Assembly (NCBI RefSeq): GCF_964244045.1
Contig: NZ_CAXTHK010000004.1
Coordinates: 36,731-100,730, forward strand
Direction: 5' to 3'
DNA: 64,000 nt
DNA from: an uncultured Jatrophihabitans sp.
GTDB taxonomy: Bacteria; Actinomycetota; Actinomycetes; Mycobacteriales; Jatrophihabitantaceae
Shown here: in pieces, positions 31,921 through 40,973 of the stretch
Numbering within the stretch: the first letter of the stretch is position 1
Layout of the letters: every line of letters starts with the position of its first letter
Made by a program: the position numbers and the translations under genes
Notes under the pieces: model-generated
What the model was told of the DNA's origin: nothing
Databases searched by the model: none
Seen by the model: the letters and a program-made list of their open reading frames with translations, nothing else

Positions 31921-32511
31921 TCAGTCGGACGGCTCGGGCAGCGTCAGTTCGACTACCCCGTCGGCGATCTGCCCGACCGTGATCCGGGCGTCGACGAACA
32001 CGCCCGGCGCGGTGGCCGTCTGGCCGTCCTGCAGGTCAACCGCGGCCCCCGGGCCGGCGCCCTCGACGCAGACGACCGCCGGCGGCTCGGCCGGGTCGGC
32101 CTCGCGCACGACGCGTCGCACCTGCTCGACCTGAGCCCGCTGGGCCGCGCCGTCGCCGCTCAGCCGGGCGCCGACGAGGACGAACGGGCTGCCCAACCGG
32201 GCGAGCGCGGCCACGGTGGCGCCCGGTGGGCGCGGGCCGCGATGCCCGGCGAAGACGACGTCGCGGGTGGCTGTCGAGTCGATGCCGAGGTCGCAGAGCA
32301 GCAGGTTGCCGCCCCCGGTGCGGCCGCCGCCGACCACGACGAGTCCCGAGCGGCGGGCCAGCGCGGCCGAGATCGAGCGCCACCGAAGCAAGCTCGGCGC
32401 CCCATGCACGCAGACGACGTCGGCCGACGCTGCCGAGATGCGCCGCGCGAGCGCCTCGTGATCGAGACTCTCGGTTCGGGCGTTCACGGACAGCAGGCGC
32501 AGGGACGGCAC
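31921..32511 (-). CDS. Degenerate endonuclease/exonuclease/phosphatase-fold protein
   Basis: LRLLSVN and ADVVCV resemble an EEP N-terminus; syntenic position beside glk; catalytic E, GDxN and SDH are absent. Confidence 0.55.
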   Translation of the reverse strand: MPSLRLLSVNARTESLDHEALARRISAASADVVCVHGAPSLLRWRSISAALARRSGLVVVGGGRTGGGNLLLCDLGIDSTATRDVVFAGHRGPRPPGATVAALARLGSPFVLVGARLSGDGAAQRAQVEQVRRVVREADPAEPPAVVCVEGAGPGAAVDLQDGQTATAPGVFVDARITVGQIADGVVELTLPEPSD

Positions 32512-32555
32512 CCGGGCAATCCTGCCGGACGGCCGCCGGCGGTCTCCCGGCAGCC

Positions 32556-33500
32556 TCAGGTGAGCATCCGGGCCAGGTCGGCAGCGCCGACGAGGCCGGC
32601 CTCGGGGCCGAGCGCTGCGCCGGCGACCCGGGCCTCGGTGCGAAAGCCGCGTCCGGTGAGGCTGTGGGCGAACTCATCGCGCGCGGGCCCGATCAGCAGG
32701 TCGCCCGCCGCAGACACACCGCCGCCGATGACGAACACCGACGGGTCGATCACCGCGGCCAGGTTGGCCAGTCCGCGACCCAGCCACCGACCCATGTTCG
32801 TACAGATGGACCGGGCCGCGGGATCGCCGGCGGCGGCGGCCGCGGTGACGATCGGCCCGGTGATCAACTCGGCCGAACCGGCCAGCTCGATCATCCGGCC
32901 GGCGGCCATCGGCGACTCGGCGGCCAGTTCGCGGGCGTCACGGGCCAGCGCCCGTCCGGAGGCGTACATCTCCCAGCACCCGCGGTTGCCGCACGCGCAC
33001 AGGTAGCCGTCCGGGACCAGGGTCATGTGGCCGTACTCGCAGGCGATGCCGAAGGCGCCGCGATACACCTCGCCGCCGGCAACCAGCCCGCCGCCGATAC
33101 CCGTCCCGAGCGTCACGCACACGACGACGGCCTCACCCTGTGCGACGCCGAAGCGGTACTCGGCCCAGGCCGCGGCGTTGGCGTCGTTCTCGATGATCAA
33201 CGGAGCGCCGATGCGGCCCGTCAAGGACTTGCGCAGCGGTTCGTCGCGCCATGCCAGGTGCGGGGAGAACAGCACAGTCGCGTGGTCGTTGCCGATCCAC
33301 CCGGCCGCGCCGATGCCGACTGCAGTGATGTCGTGCCGGGCGGCCAAGGTCTCAACGACGTCGACGAGCACGTCCTCATTGGCCTGGACATTGCTGCCCG
33401 GGGTGTCACGACGCTCACGGTCGATGATCGCCCCGGAGTCGTCGACGACGCCGGCCGCGACCTTGGTGCCGCCGATGTCGACGCCGATGGCCAACCCCAC
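32556..33500 (-). CDS. glk: ROK family glucokinase
   Basis: IGVDIGGTK, ENDANAAA, LGTGIGGG, EYGH, CACGNRGCWE. Confidence 0.93.
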   Translation of the reverse strand: MGLAIGVDIGGTKVAAGVVDDSGAIIDRERRDTPGSNVQANEDVLVDVVETLAARHDITAVGIGAAGWIGNDHATVLFSPHLAWRDEPLRKSLTGRIGAPLIIENDANAAAWAEYRFGVAQGEAVVVCVTLGTGIGGGLVAGGEVYRGAFGIACEYGHMTLVPDGYLCACGNRGCWEMYASGRALARDARELAAESPMAAGRMIELAGSAELITGPIVTAAAAAGDPAARSICTNMGRWLGRGLANLAAVIDPSVFVIGGGVSAAGDLLIGPARDEFAHSLTGRGFRTEARVAGAALGPEAGLVGAADLARMLT

Positions 33501-33503
33501 AGC

Positions 33504-33851
33504 TCAGCCCTTCGCCGGATCGTTGTGGGGGGTCTCGTCGTCGGGCACGCCTCGCTCCGCGCGCGGGCGCGGCCTCGGCCTGTCCTTCGACGGCGGGTGC
33601 GCTGCGTCGCCTGCCGCCCCCGGGGTCGCCGAGTCGATCAGCAGCCGCACTGCGGTGCTGATCGCGGCCCCGGCCTCAGCCATCCGTTCGGTGATCTCGG
33701 GGTGCTCCCCGCGCAACACGCTGGCCAGCTGGCACAGCGGGCACCACTGGCACTCCGGGCCGCCGTGCCCGGACGGTGGGGCGGGCAGGGCTTGCTTTGC
33801 CCAGTCCTGCAGGGCAGCGAAGATCGACGTCGCCGGGTCGGGCTCGCTCAT
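33504..33851 (-). CDS. Conserved hypothetical protein (SCO2127/Rv2183c-like)
   Basis: ECQWCPLCQ motif; position upstream of glk. Confidence 0.72.
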   Translation of the reverse strand: MSEPDPATSIFAALQDWAKQALPAPPSGHGGPECQWCPLCQLASVLRGEHPEITERMAEAGAAISTAVRLLIDSATPGAAGDAAHPPSKDRPRPRPRAERGVPDDETPHNDPAKG

Positions 33852-33928
33852 TGGCCTACCCTCGCTTCGCTCCGTTCGACCGCCCAAGGCCTTCTGCGCC
33901 CATGATTCGCTCCCCAAGCGTCGCTCAT
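33852..33928 (-). repeat. 77-bp MIRU-like unit encoding 26-aa coupled mini-ORF MSDAWGANHGRRRPWAVERSEARVGQ
   Basis: ATG overlaps the SRPBCC TGA; its own TGA (33850-33848) overlaps the next ATG; 5' end matches the 65- and 101-bp units. Confidence 0.88.
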
Positions 33929-34383
33929 GTCCCGTCCCGCAGGCTCTCGACGCGCTTCTTCAGTTCCTTGAGGGCGGTGTCCATGACGACCCGCTCGGCC
34001 TTGCGCTTGAGCAGCCCGAGCATGGGAATCGCGAGGTCCACCGACAGTGAGTAGGTGACGTGCGTGCGCTCGGGGCCGTCGGCGCGCAGGGCGTACGAGC
34101 CGTGCTGCGCACGCATCATCTGACCCGAGGTGAGATCCCACTCGACCAGGGTGTCGCCGGTCCAGACGTAGACCAGTTCGTACTGGTCGCGGACGATCCC
34201 GGCGTCGAGGGTGAAGGCCACCCGCCGTGCCCGGCCACCCGTCCCGACCGCCGCGCCCTCAATAATCTCTGCTTTCTTGACCGAGCCCGTCCACTCGGGG
34301 TAGTTCTCGAAATCGGCGATGACGGCCATGATCTGCCCCGGGTCGGCGTCGATGGTGATCGACTGCGTCGACTGCTCGGGCAT
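33925..34383 (-). CDS. SRPBCC/START-fold protein (Rv2185c-like)
   Basis: IMAVIADFENYPEW, KRKAERVVMDTALKELKKRVE. Confidence 0.87.
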   Translation of the reverse strand: MPEQSTQSITIDADPGQIMAVIADFENYPEWTGSVKKAEIIEGAAVGTGGRARRVAFTLDAGIVRDQYELVYVWTGDTLVEWDLTSGQMMRAQHGSYALRADGPERTHVTYSLSVDLAIPMLGLLKRKAERVVMDTALKELKKRVESLRDGT

Positions 34384-34441
34384 GAGATCAGAGGCTACCC
34401 GGACGGGCTGTCCGGGCGGCGTCTGCAGCGAGCACGCCGGA

Positions 34442-34855
34442 TCAGGTCAGCGAGGTGTGGGTGGCGGACGTGTGCCGGTCCAGGCGGCCGGGATCGAGCT
34501 GGTCGGCCAGCGCCCACAGCGCCTTCTTGGTGTGCCGCCGGTAGCGCCAGCGGATCCGCTCGACGTCGCTGCCGGTGACCTGCCCACCGGTCGACGGATC
34601 GAGGCGGAGGAAGAAGTGCGCGACGACGCCCTCACCCTGCGCCTGCAGCCACAGCTCGGCCGTGCCCGTCAGCCCGGGGAAGCCGTCGACCGACCGGACG
34701 TCCCAGCGGATGCCTCTCTCGGCGCGTTGCTCGTCGGCGACGAGGTCCAGGCCCGGCCACCACCGCCGCCACAATGCGGGGTCGGCGATGATCACTCCGA
34801 CGGCCTGCGGTCGGGCCCGCAGCCAGGTGGAGTCCATGACATCGACGAGCGGCAC
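34442..34855 (-). CDS. Polyketide cyclase/dehydrase-like protein (Rv2186c-like)
   Basis: WRRWWPGL, ERGIRW, GTAELWL, HFFLRLDP; synteny with fadD15. Confidence 0.75.
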   Translation of the reverse strand: MPLVDVMDSTWLRARPQAVGVIIADPALWRRWWPGLDLVADEQRAERGIRWDVRSVDGFPGLTGTAELWLQAQGEGVVAHFFLRLDPSTGGQVTGSDVERIRWRYRRHTKKALWALADQLDPGRLDRHTSATHTSLT

Positions 34856-34949
34856 CGGGTCAGGATGTCACCTCTCGCGTGGCGGTCAACGACGGGTTAC
34901 CGTTGGGTAACCGGCATGAACCGGGCCCTGCAGAGAGGATGCCGACCCC

Positions 34950-36767
34950 GTGCACGAGCTCCACGTGGCCAGCAAGATCAGCACGATCAGCCAGAGCAAC
35001 ACGGCCGACTTCATCTTCGACAACGCGGCAGCGGACCCGCAGCACGTCGCGTTGCGGCGCCGCCGCCGTAACAGTCCCGGCGAAAGCTGGACCGACGTCT
35101 CGGCCAAGGAGTTCGCCGGCGAGGTCAGCGGTCTCGCGAAGGGCCTGCTGGCCGCCGGAATCGTGGCCGGCGACCGGGTCGCGGTCATGAGCAAGACCCG
35201 CTACGAGTGGACGGTCGTCGATTTCGCGCTGTTCACCGTCGGCGCGGTCGTGGTGCCGATCTACGAGACGTCCAGCGCCGAGCAGGTGCAATGGATCGTC
35301 TCGGACTCCGAGGCGCGCGCCATCTTCGTCGAGACAGACGAGCACACCGCGATCGTCGAGTCGGTGCGCGACGACCTGCCCTCGCTCGAGCACGTGTGGT
35401 CCTTCGACGACGGCGCCGTCGACACGCTCACCACCGAGGGCAGCGACGTCGCCGACTCCGACGTCGACGAGCGGCGAGCCGGAGTGTCGCTCGACGACCT
35501 GGCCTCGATCATCTACACCTCGGGCACGACGGGGCGACCCAAGGGCTGCGAGCTCACCCACCGCTGCTTCGTCGTCGAGGCCATCGAGCTGCAGGGGCTG
35601 CTCTCCGAATTCTTCAACGAGAACACGTCCACCCTGCTGTTCCTGCCGATCGCGCACGTCTTCGGCCGGGTGATCCAGATCGGCTCGCTGGCCACCGGCT
35701 GCACGTTGGGCCACACGCCGGACGTCAAGAACTTGATCGAGGACCTGGGCGGCTTCAAGCCGACGTTCGTGCTCGCTGTGCCCCGTGTGTTCGAGAAGGT
35801 CTACAACACGGCCAAGCAGCGCGCCCACAGCGAGAAGAAGGGCAAGATCTTCGACTACGCCGAGACGATCGCCGTCCAGTACTCCGAGGCCGTGCAACGA
35901 GGTTCGGTGCCCGTCGTGCTCAAGGCCCAGCACCTCGTCTTCGACCGGCTCGTCTACAGCAAGCTGCGCGCAGCGCTGGGTGGCAACTGCGTGGCTGCGG
36001 TATCCGGCGGCGCCCCGCTCGGTGCGCGGCTCGGCCACTTCTTCCGCGGCATCGGCGTGACCATCTACGAGGGCTACGGCCTCACCGAGACCACCGCCGG
36101 CATCACGGTCAACCGCCCCGACGCGATCAAGATCGGCACCGTCGGCATGCCCATCGGCGGCACGACCGCCCGCATCGCCGAGGACGGCGAGCTGCTGTTC
36201 AAGGCCCCACACGTCTTCCGCGGCTACCACAACAATCCCGAGGCAACCAAGGAGACGCTGGACGACGACGGCTGGTTCCACACCGGCGATATCGGCGAGA
36301 TCGACAGTGCCGGGTTCGTCAAGATCACCGGTCGCAAGAAGGAGCTCATCGTCACCGCGGGCGGCAAGAATGTCGCGCCCGCCGTCATCGAGGACCGCGT
36401 GCGGTCCCACTGGCTGGTCAGCCAGTGCCTCGTCGTCGGCGACGGCAAGCCCTTCATCGCCGCGATCATCACCATCGACCCCGAGTCGCTGCCCCGGTTC
36501 CTCGAGCAGGCCGGCAAGCCCGGCGACACCAAGATGGCCGACCTTGTCGACGACGAAGGCCTGCGGGCCGAGATCCAGAAGGCCATCGACAGCGGGAACA
36601 AGGCGGTCAGCAAGGCCGAGTCGGTTCGTAAGTTCGTCATCCTGCCCGAGGACTGGACCGAGGAGGGCGGGCAGATAACGCCGTCGCTGAAGCTCAAGCG
36701 CAACGTGGTGGTCAAGGAGAGCGAGGAGCAGATCGCCGAGCTGTACGCCGGGGCGAAACCGAAGTAG
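34950..36767 (+). CDS. Long-chain acyl-CoA synthetase (FadD15-like)
   Basis: IYTSGTTGRPKG, YEGYGLTET, TGDIG, GRKKELIVTAGGKN, SLKLKR. Confidence 0.92.
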   Translation: MHELHVASKISTISQSNTADFIFDNAAADPQHVALRRRRRNSPGESWTDVSAKEFAGEVSGLAKGLLAAGIVAGDRVAVMSKTRYEWTVVDFALFTVGAVVVPIYETSSAEQVQWIVSDSEARAIFVETDEHTAIVESVRDDLPSLEHVWSFDDGAVDTLTTEGSDVADSDVDERRAGVSLDDLASIIYTSGTTGRPKGCELTHRCFVVEAIELQGLLSEFFNENTSTLLFLPIAHVFGRVIQIGSLATGCTLGHTPDVKNLIEDLGGFKPTFVLAVPRVFEKVYNTAKQRAHSEKKGKIFDYAETIAVQYSEAVQRGSVPVVLKAQHLVFDRLVYSKLRAALGGNCVAAVSGGAPLGARLGHFFRGIGVTIYEGYGLTETTAGITVNRPDAIKIGTVGMPIGGTTARIAEDGELLFKAPHVFRGYHNNPEATKETLDDDGWFHTGDIGEIDSAGFVKITGRKKELIVTAGGKNVAPAVIEDRVRSHWLVSQCLVVGDGKPFIAAIITIDPESLPRFLEQAGKPGDTKMADLVDDEGLRAEIQKAIDSGNKAVSKAESVRKFVILPEDWTEEGGQITPSLKLKRNVVVKESEEQIAELYAGAKPK

Positions 36768-36785
36768 TCGCTCGGCGCGCGGTGC

Positions 36786-37907
36786 TCAGGCGTCGAGGAG
36801 CTCGCGCAACCGCGCAGCGAGGGTGTCCCACTGCCAGTCCCGCTCGACCCAGGCGCGGCCGGCCGCACCGAGCTGGGCCCGCAGCGGCGCGTCGTGCAAC
36901 AGGGCGACGAGCCGCTCGCCGATGGCCGGCACGTCGCGACCGTCGACGACATAACCGGTCTCGCCGTCGAGCACCGCGTCGGGCGCGCCGCCCGAGTCGC
37001 CGGCCAGCACCGGCAGTCCAGTCGCCGACGCCTCCAGGAAGACGATGCCCAGCCCTTCGACGTCCAGCCCACGACGCCTGGTGCGGCACGGCATGGCGAA
37101 CACATCTCCCGCGGCGTAGTGCGCCGGGAGATCGGCGTGCGGCACCCCGCCGGTGAACACCACCGCGTCGGCCACCCCGCTGTCCCGCGCCCGACGGGCC
37201 AGCTCGTCGCGGTAGCTGCCGTCGCCGACCAGCAACAGGACGACGTCGGGCAGCACGTCCCGGACCGCAGGCATGGCGTCGATGAGCCGGTCCTGGCCCT
37301 TACGTGCGACTAACCGCGACACGCACACGATCGTCGGACGCTCGCCGAGCCCGTGGCGCTGACGTACGGCCGTCGAGTCGGTTGCTGGTCCGAACGTCTG
37401 GATGTCAACTCCAGGTGTCAACTGCACCAGTTCGGTACGGCCGCTCATCAGTGGGGCGATCTTGGAGCGGGTGTAAGCGCCAAGGTACGTGACGACGTCG
37501 CAGCCGTCGGCGATGCGGCGCAGCGCGCTGCGGGCGGCGGGCAGCTGCGCCCAGCCGGCCTCGTGCCCGTGCGTGGTCGCGACGATCCGCTGCGCCCCGG
37601 CCCGGCGCAGCGACGGGGCCAGCAGGCCCAGCGGCGCGGCCGCACCGAACCAGACCGCCGAGCAGTCATGGCGGCGCAGGGCCTCGACGACCCGTCGACG
37701 CGCGCCGGGCGTCGGCACGAGCAGACCGGTCGGGTGCCGGATCACCGGGAACGGCAGCGCTGCGTCGAAGGCGGCCGACCCTGCGTGGTCGGAGGCGTAC
37801 ACCACGACCGAGGCAGGGGGTTGGCGCACGAGCAGCTCGTGCACGAAGGACTGAATGCCGCCCTGGCGCGGCGGGAAATCATTGGTGACGACCAGCGTGC
37901 GCCTCAT
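36786..37907 (-). CDS. pimB: GT4 glycosyltransferase (PimB'-like mannosyltransferase)
   Basis: VTNDFPPRQGGIQ, SRLVARKGQD, EGLGIVFLEA; synteny. Confidence 0.82.
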   Translation of the reverse strand: MRRTLVVTNDFPPRQGGIQSFVHELLVRQPPASVVVYASDHAGSAAFDAALPFPVIRHPTGLLVPTPGARRRVVEALRRHDCSAVWFGAAAPLGLLAPSLRRAGAQRIVATTHGHEAGWAQLPAARSALRRIADGCDVVTYLGAYTRSKIAPLMSGRTELVQLTPGVDIQTFGPATDSTAVRQRHGLGERPTIVCVSRLVARKGQDRLIDAMPAVRDVLPDVVLLLVGDGSYRDELARRARDSGVADAVVFTGGVPHADLPAHYAAGDVFAMPCRTRRRGLDVEGLGIVFLEASATGLPVLAGDSGGAPDAVLDGETGYVVDGRDVPAIGERLVALLHDAPLRAQLGAAGRAWVERDWQWDTLAARLRELLDA

Positions 37908-39172
37908 CCCAGCTGGCTGCGCAGGTACGCCCGCCACTGCGCGGTGAAGCCGGCAACGCTCTCGCCCAGCAACGTCTTGACCGCGGCGGCCACCGCGACG
38001 TTGCTGCTGTCGGGGGAGGCGCCGACCGTGCGGTAGAACCGCACCAGTCCGGCCTGGCCGATTCTGGCCGCAATAAGTCGGCAGGCCAGCCAGGACTGCT
38101 CATAGGCCGAGGCCGCAGTGCTCGCTGCGTCCACCGCGTCGTCGCCGGGCAACGCCGAGGGCACGCTGCCGGCCCTGATCTGGGCCCGCAGCTCGGCGGC
38201 GACGGTGCCGACCGGCTGGCCGGTGCCGAGGTTGCCGACGTAGTCGGCGAACCCCTCGATCAGCCAGCGCGGGATCGCCTCGGTCGTGGCCGCCGCGCTC
38301 GCCAGGTGCGTCAATTCGTGGGTGACCGTGATGCGCCGTCCGACGGCACTGAGCTTGGCGTAGGCGGCCGGGTCGATGACCAACCGTTGTTCGAGGGGCC
38401 TGTTCGTCAGCGGGTCGGAGCCGGCCGATACGGCCAACGCCGAGATGTCACCGCCGGCCTGTTCGGCCGTCGAGGCGCCGATGGCGGCCGTCAACGCCGC
38501 CGAGCTGGGCGCGACGATCACCGCGACGCGGCGGGTCCAGCCGGTGCCCCAGACCGAGGTGACGGCGGGCACCGCGGTGTCGACGACGGTCGCTATGGCC
38601 TGCAGCGAGGTCGCCCCATCGGCGCGTCCGAAAACCACACTCGAACGACCGGTGGCGGTGGTCATCGGACCGAAGTCCCACGGCCCGGACCAGCTCACCC
38701 CGCCCTCGCGGGCCAGGCTGTCATCGCCGACGGCCCGCGCCTTTCCACCGCCGCGCACGAAGGTCCACCAGAGGTTGTGCTGGACGGGCACGGTGTCGAC
38801 GCCGCGGATCGCGTAATGCAGTTCGAGGCGCACGATCCGCGCGGACGCACCGTAGGCCTTGCGGGCCGCCGCCTGCGCGGTGCGATCGGTGACCTGAGGC
38901 CCGAGCGAGTACGACCAGGACGCAAGCGGCACCGTCACCAGGTTGTCGTACTCGGCGAGCTGGTCGTCGCGGAAGTCGGCTGCCTTCCTGCCGGCGTCGA
39001 CGGCGGCGAGGAAGTCGTCGCGATCGTGCCGGAGCACGCCGCGCGCGTGGGTGGCCAGCGCTGCACGCACCTGCGCGTCGGTCGGGGCGCCGCCGTCGTC
39101 GCCGCCCGAGCATGCGCTGAGCAACCCGACCAGCAGTGCCGCGACCACCAGCACCGCGACGAGACGTCGCAC
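37904..39172 (-). CDS. Secreted peptidase-like protein (Rv2189c-like)
   Basis: Lipobox-like LSAC, HELTH zinc motif, WLIEGFADY. Confidence 0.78.
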   Translation of the reverse strand: MRRLVAVLVVAALLVGLLSACSGGDDGGAPTDAQVRAALATHARGVLRHDRDDFLAAVDAGRKAADFRDDQLAEYDNLVTVPLASWSYSLGPQVTDRTAQAAARKAYGASARIVRLELHYAIRGVDTVPVQHNLWWTFVRGGGKARAVGDDSLAREGGVSWSGPWDFGPMTTATGRSSVVFGRADGATSLQAIATVVDTAVPAVTSVWGTGWTRRVAVIVAPSSAALTAAIGASTAEQAGGDISALAVSAGSDPLTNRPLEQRLVIDPAAYAKLSAVGRRITVTHELTHLASAAATTEAIPRWLIEGFADYVGNLGTGQPVGTVAAELRAQIRAGSVPSALPGDDAVDAASTAASAYEQSWLACRLIAARIGQAGLVRFYRTVGASPDSSNVAVAAAVKTLLGESVAGFTAQWRAYLRSQLG

Positions 39173-39180
39173 CAGCGCGG

Positions 39181-40221
39181 TCAGGTCAGCCTGGTGGCGC
39201 CGGTGTAGTCGCCGTTGAACGCGTCGAGCGGCACGACCGAGACGTCCTGGCCCTCGGTCGGGGCCGAGACCATATAGCCGTTACCGATGTAGATCGTGAC
39301 ATGGCCGATCGGCTGGTAGAAGAAGATCAGGTCGCCCGGTTCCAGCTCATCGCGCGAGACGTGGTGCCCGTAGCTGTACTGGCCCGCGGCGGAGTGCGGC
39401 AGGCTGACGCCGCCGGCCTGCCAGGCCCTCATGGTCAGGCCCGAGCAGTCGTAGGAACCGAGCCCGGCCGCCCCGAACACGTACGGCTTGCCGACCTGGT
39501 CGAGCGCGAACTGCACCGCCTGGCGAGCGGCAGCCGTGGTTGCGCCCACCGCGATGTTCTTGACCGTCGACTTGCGCACCGCCGGATTCGCGGCCCGCTG
39601 GTAGGCCGCCTGCTGGGCCGAACTGAGCGTGGCCAGCAGGGTGCGGTACTTGTTTATCTGGTTGGTGACCGTGGTCTTCTTCGCGGCCAGGCGGGCCTTT
39701 TCGGCCTGCGCCTTCGCCAGCGCGGCGCTCGCGGCGCCGGCCTTGGCCTCGGCGGCGGCGCGGGCGGTGGACACGCGGTCGACGACATTGGCGTCGTGGT
39801 TGGACAGCAGCCGCAGCGTGGCGAGGCGGTCGAGGTAGTCCGAGCCGCTGTCGCTGACCAGCAGCGCACCGCCCGAGCTCATGCCGCCACTCTCGTACTG
39901 CGCCTGGATCGTGCGGGTGAACGTGGTACTCGCGGCGGCGTAGGTCGCAGCTGCGGCGCGCGCGACCGTCTCGGCGGCAGTCGCGGCCTGCTCAGCCTTG
40001 CCGAGCGCCACCACGGCGCTGTCGTACTGCTCGACGAGCTGGGAGTTGGCAACGGCGAGCTCACCGAGCTGCTTCTGGACACTCGTGATGTTCGGCTTGG
40101 GGGCCGGGGTGGTGTTCGGTGCGGCCGGGGTGGCCGAGGCGACCGGCGCCACGAGCAGGGACGTACCGAGACCGGCGATGGCAAGCAAGGGTCGTACGCG
40201 ACGTGCGAAACGGATCGCCAC
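39181..40221 (-). CDS. NlpC/P60 peptidoglycan endopeptidase with coiled coil (RipC-like)
   Basis: Signal peptide, coiled coil, GKPYVFGA, DCSGL, HVTIY. Confidence 0.92.
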   Translation of the reverse strand: MAIRFARRVRPLLAIAGLGTSLLVAPVASATPAAPNTTPAPKPNITSVQKQLGELAVANSQLVEQYDSAVVALGKAEQAATAAETVARAAAATYAAASTTFTRTIQAQYESGGMSSGGALLVSDSGSDYLDRLATLRLLSNHDANVVDRVSTARAAAEAKAGAASAALAKAQAEKARLAAKKTTVTNQINKYRTLLATLSSAQQAAYQRAANPAVRKSTVKNIAVGATTAAARQAVQFALDQVGKPYVFGAAGLGSYDCSGLTMRAWQAGGVSLPHSAAGQYSYGHHVSRDELEPGDLIFFYQPIGHVTIYIGNGYMVSAPTEGQDVSVVPLDAFNGDYTGATRLT

Positions 40222-40231
40222 GGTTGGCGGA

Positions 40232-40398
40232 TCTCCTTCTTCCTCGACCGCGTACCGGGTTAGCTGACGGGTTCGGGCTGGAAGAGGCCCTACGACACGA
40301 CGCACCTACGCTCTGCGAGCGCAGATACTGCGAGTCGATTCACCCCGGGACGGATTGGGTCCCCGGTTTGCCCCGGGTTGGGCACCACGCGAAGCGGT
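40232..40398 (-). ncRNA. c-di-AMP (ydaO/yuaA) riboswitch
   Basis: Minus strand reads GGGGACCCAAT..GGGGTGAATC..GTAGGG..CTTCC.GCCCGAACCCGTCAGCTAACCCGGTA..GGAAGAAGGAG directly upstream of the NlpC/P60 start. Confidence 0.88.
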
Positions 40399-40572
40399 AC
40401 ACAACCCAGGAATTGGTGCAATTCGGCGGGATCTAACCGGCGACGGCCTGGCGACCGACAAGGAACCGGGTAGGTCTCGGAAAGGTTACGACGCCGCGGG
40501 TTTCCTGTGCAACGCGCCCCCCGCTTTGGGCGCGTCGCACATCGTTCATCTGCCGTTTTCCGGGCGGCCGCG

Positions 40573-40797
40573 CTAGGCGATCCCTCGTTCGCGCGCGGTG
40601 TCGTCCGGTAACGCGCGCACCAGCCGCAGCGGCGGAACGAGGCCCGCCTGCGCCAGGCTGCCCAGCGCCACCCGCTCGGAGTCGTCGAGATCCAAGGGCA
40701 CCCGCGCGCGGTCTGGCGGGCCGCCGAGCAGCACGCTGATGACGCAGTCACCGCAGGCGAAATCGCGGGCCGTACAGGTCGTGCAGTCGATCAACAT
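40573..40797 (-). CDS. Small conserved Cys-rich protein
   Basis: MLIDCTTC....CGDCVISVLL..LVPPLRL; typical neighbor of the DEDD exonuclease gene. Confidence 0.75.
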   Translation of the reverse strand: MLIDCTTCTARDFACGDCVISVLLGGPPDRARVPLDLDDSERVALGSLAQAGLVPPLRLVRALPDDTARERGIA

Positions 40798-40973
40798 GCG
40801 GATCTCCTTCGTAGTGCGCGGTCCTCGTGACCGGCGGTCGCGCCGGTAGGTGTCGCCAGCAGTCCGCACGCTAAGAAACAGGTCGGACAGTTTTGCCGAG
40901 GCGGGCAGCAGGCCCCGCCACAGCTCCGTGCGTCGGCGCGTTTTCGTCGGACCCCAGTCCTAGCTTGCGAGCC

